Below are positions 57,513 through 59,985 of a stretch of 59,985 nt of DNA, in pieces. Origin of the DNA: Bacilli bacterium (GTDB taxonomy: Bacteria; Bacillota_I; Bacilli_A; RFN20; CAG-826); assembly GCA_024695105.1 (NCBI GenBank), contig JAILIV010000008.1:1-59985 (forward strand), in the 5' to 3' direction. Position numbers and translations under genes: made by a program. Each line of letters starts with the position of its first letter. Within the stretch, counting starts at the first letter, position 1. The notes below the pieces were generated by a model that had not been told where the DNA came from, made no database searches, and was given only the letters and a program-made list of their open reading frames with translations.

Positions 57513-58228
57513 GCGATCCCCTTATCCGATGCGAAAACCTTTCCGTAGGCTATGACGGGCAATCCGTCGCCACGGACATTGCCTTCCGTTTTTCCGTGGG
57601 AGAGTATTTGTGCGTCTTAGGCGAAAACGGAGCGGGCAAGACGACGTTGATGAAGACGCTGCTTGGCCTAACCAAACCCATCTCCGGCGCTTTGGAGATG
57701 GACCCTAAGCTCAAAAAGGGAGGGCTAGGCTATTTGCCCCAGCACACCCATATCGGCAACGATTTCCCCGCGACCGTGCTGGAAGTGGTGCTTTCTGGCG
57801 TGCCCATCTCCCCGTGGTATCGTTTCTTCCATTCGCGTAAAGATAAGGAGAAAGCGTTGCAAAACTTAGCCAAAATCGGCGCGGAAGACCTGAAAAACAA
57901 GTGTTTTAACGAGCTTTCGGGAGGGCAACGCCAACGCGTTTTGCTCGCCCGTGCCCTATGCTCTGCGGAATCGGCGTTACTGGTGGATGAGCCCGTTTCT
58001 GGCCTCGATCCTTTGGCGACCCAAAAGATGTATGAGACCTTGGATGAGCTCCACAAAGAAGGGATGGGAATTATTATGATCACCCATGACGTCAGCGACG
58101 CCCTTGCCTATGCCACCCACGTTTTGCTCATCGATAAGGAACCCTTCTTTGGCACCGTGAGCGAATTCAAGCAAAGCGGCCTAGAGGCGGCAAGCAAAGA
58201 CCACTTGGGAGGGCACGATGATGATTGA
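57509..58228 (+). CDS. znuC: Metal ABC transporter ATPase
   Basis: GENGAGKTT, LSGGQRQR, LVDEP. Confidence 0.88.
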   Translation: MSDPLIRCENLSVGYDGQSVATDIAFRFSVGEYLCVLGENGAGKTTLMKTLLGLTKPISGALEMDPKLKKGGLGYLPQHTHIGNDFPATVLEVVLSGVPISPWYRFFHSRKDKEKALQNLAKIGAEDLKNKCFNELSGGQRQRVLLARALCSAESALLVDEPVSGLDPLATQKMYETLDELHKEGMGIIMITHDVSDALAYATHVLLIDKEPFFGTVSEFKQSGLEAASKDHLGGHDDD

Positions 58229-59078
58229 GGCATTGAATCGCATCGCCGAGAGCATGCAGTTCGCCTTTGTGCGCAACGCGCTGATCGCCGTGGCGTTCGT
58301 TTCGGTATGCGCGGCGTTATTGGGCGTCGTTTTGGTCTTGAAACGGTTTTCCATGATCGGGGATGGTTTGACCCACGTGGCCTTTGGGGCGATGTGCGTC
58401 GCCGGTATCACGGGCATCACGAATAACCTCTATATCGTCCTTCCCGTCACCGTGGCGGCGGCGATCATCCTTTTGAAAACCAAAGAGAGCAAGAAGATAA
58501 AGGGCGACGCCTTAATCGCGATGATGTCGGTAGGGGCCTTGGCCATCGGCTATTTGCTCCTTTCCGTCTTCCATAAGTCCTCCAACGTGGCAGGGGACGT
58601 GTGCACTTCGCTTTTCGGGGCGATGCAACTAATGACGTTGACCCCTGTGGACGTGTGGGTGAGCGTGGGGTTAAGCGCTTCCGTCATTTTGTTCTTCGTG
58701 CTTTTCTATAACACCATCTTCTCCGTGACCTTAGATGAGAACTTCGCCCGGGCCAGCGGAACGAAAGCGGGCGCCTTTAACATCGTGCTTTCCACCGTCA
58801 TTGCCCTTGTGGTCGTGGCGGCGATGAAGTTGGTGGGGTCGCTACTTGTTTCCGCGTTGGTGATTTTCCCTGCGTTGTCCGCGATGCGGGTATGGCGTTC
58901 CTTCAAGGGTGTGAGCATCGCTTCCTCCATCATTTCCCTTGGCTGCGCTCTGCTTGGGTTCTTTGGTTCGATCGCTTTGAACCTGCCTGTTGGGCCAAGC
59001 ATCGTGGTGGTGGACATCGTGGCCTTTGGGGTTTTCTACCTAATAGGCGTGATCCGCAAGGGGAGAAGGGTTGCTTAA
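58218..59078 (+). CDS. znuB: Metal ABC transporter permease
   Basis: MIGDGLTHVAFG, MKLVGSLLVSAL. Confidence 0.88.
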   Translation: MMIEALNRIAESMQFAFVRNALIAVAFVSVCAALLGVVLVLKRFSMIGDGLTHVAFGAMCVAGITGITNNLYIVLPVTVAAAIILLKTKESKKIKGDALIAMMSVGALAIGYLLLSVFHKSSNVAGDVCTSLFGAMQLMTLTPVDVWVSVGLSASVILFFVLFYNTIFSVTLDENFARASGTKAGAFNIVLSTVIALVVVAAMKLVGSLLVSALVIFPALSAMRVWRSFKGVSIASSIISLGCALLGFFGSIALNLPVGPSIVVVDIVAFGVFYLIGVIRKGRRVA

Positions 59079-59117
59079 GCGTTGCATTTCGCGCGCACGC
59101 CTCGCACAATTATCGCC

Positions 59118-59957
59118 ATGAAGCCCATCCGCATCCTTTCCGTACAAGACATCTCCTGCTTCGGCCAGTGCTCGCTGACCGTGGCTTTGCCGATTCTTTC
59201 CGCGTTAGGCATCGAGACCGCGATATTGCCCACGGCCATCCTTTCCACGCACACTGCGGGGTTTAAGGGCTTCACGTTCCGCGATCTGAAAGAAGACGTG
59301 CCCGCCATTGCGTCCCATTGGGAGAAGGAAGGTATCTTCTTTGACGCGATTTACACGGGGTATTTGGGAAACGGTGAGGACGTGCGTAACGTCATCGACT
59401 TGGCGAAGGCGCGCAACAAGGGCCCGTTATTTGTTGACCCTGCCTTTGGGGACAACGGCAAACTCTATGGCGGGTTCGACCAATCCTATGTGGAATGCAT
59501 GAAAGAGCTTTGCTTCCAATCCGATTATCTACTTCCTAATTTGACCGAGGCCGCTTTCTTGCTAGACCGTCCCTATGAAGAGAACGTAGGGAAAGAAGAA
59601 GCGGAAGAAATCATTCAGACTTTAAGGGCCAAGGGCGCGAAAACGGTGGCGCTTAAAGGCGTGCGCTTTGAAGATGGAAAAATCGGGATCGCCGTAAGCG
59701 AAGGGGAAGGGATTTCCTATTATTCCCATTCCCGCATCCCAACGGATTTCCATGGCACGGGTGACGTGTTTGCCTCCGTGTTCGTGGCAGGATTACTCCG
59801 TGGATTAAACGCTTTGGAAACGGGGCGATTAGCGGCCGATTTCGTCCGGGGATGCATCGAGAATACGCTTGGAGAAGAAGACCATCGTTATGGGGTCTGC
59901 TTTGAGCCATTGCTCCACGATTTGGAAGAAACTCTTCGCAAGGCGCTTGGAAGATAA
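59118..59957 (+). CDS. Pyridoxamine/pyridoxal kinase
   Basis: VQDISCFGQCSL, AIYTGYL, VDPAFGD, PNLTEA, HGTGDVFAS. Confidence 0.9.
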   Translation: MKPIRILSVQDISCFGQCSLTVALPILSALGIETAILPTAILSTHTAGFKGFTFRDLKEDVPAIASHWEKEGIFFDAIYTGYLGNGEDVRNVIDLAKARNKGPLFVDPAFGDNGKLYGGFDQSYVECMKELCFQSDYLLPNLTEAAFLLDRPYEENVGKEEAEEIIQTLRAKGAKTVALKGVRFEDGKIGIAVSEGEGISYYSHSRIPTDFHGTGDVFASVFVAGLLRGLNALETGRLAADFVRGCIENTLGEEDHRYGVCFEPLLHDLEETLRKALGR

Positions 59958-59985
59958 GATTCCTCCTTGCTTTAGGCAAGGCACA

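Noticed and set aside
1-59985. CRISPR array, rRNA, integrase or transposase
   Set aside because: I saw no regularly spaced direct repeats, rRNA-like sequence or recombinase/transposase motifs in the window.

Overview
About 60 kb of chromosome from a moderately GC-rich, genetic-code-11 Firmicute. A Bacilli/Erysipelotrichales-like gut or rumen lineage is my inference from gene content, not a database result. Most of the window is housekeeping and transport: glnS, cysK, pepT, pepC, feoAAB, potABCD, a Fur/Zur-znuACB operon, four tRNAs and several lipoproteins. The 13.8-25.1 kb segment is the standout. (1) A 1752-aa retron-like reverse transcriptase (YCDD) is fused to about 1,400 aa of BspA-type leucine-rich repeats. 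It sits directly behind a promoter and a ~92-nt element with a retron msr-msd signature (a1/a2 inverted repeat with TTAG-C/G-TAA ends). (2) A convergent TIR-LRR gene follows. (3) A P4-less SAM-I-type riboswitch controls an unknown gene. (4) A circularly permuted tRNA-mimic (YrlA/Y-RNA-like) RNA lies upstream of a helical-domain + TerD protein. Smaller observations are a 21/23-bp shared operator linking the HMA-ZIP and feo operons, an ECF sigma coupled to a membrane-anchored serpin, a PotD with an acidic tandem duplication, a REC-GGDEF-Hpt deletion chimera, an SDR gene remnant and several apparently leaderless genes. All family calls are by motif recognition; no searches were run.
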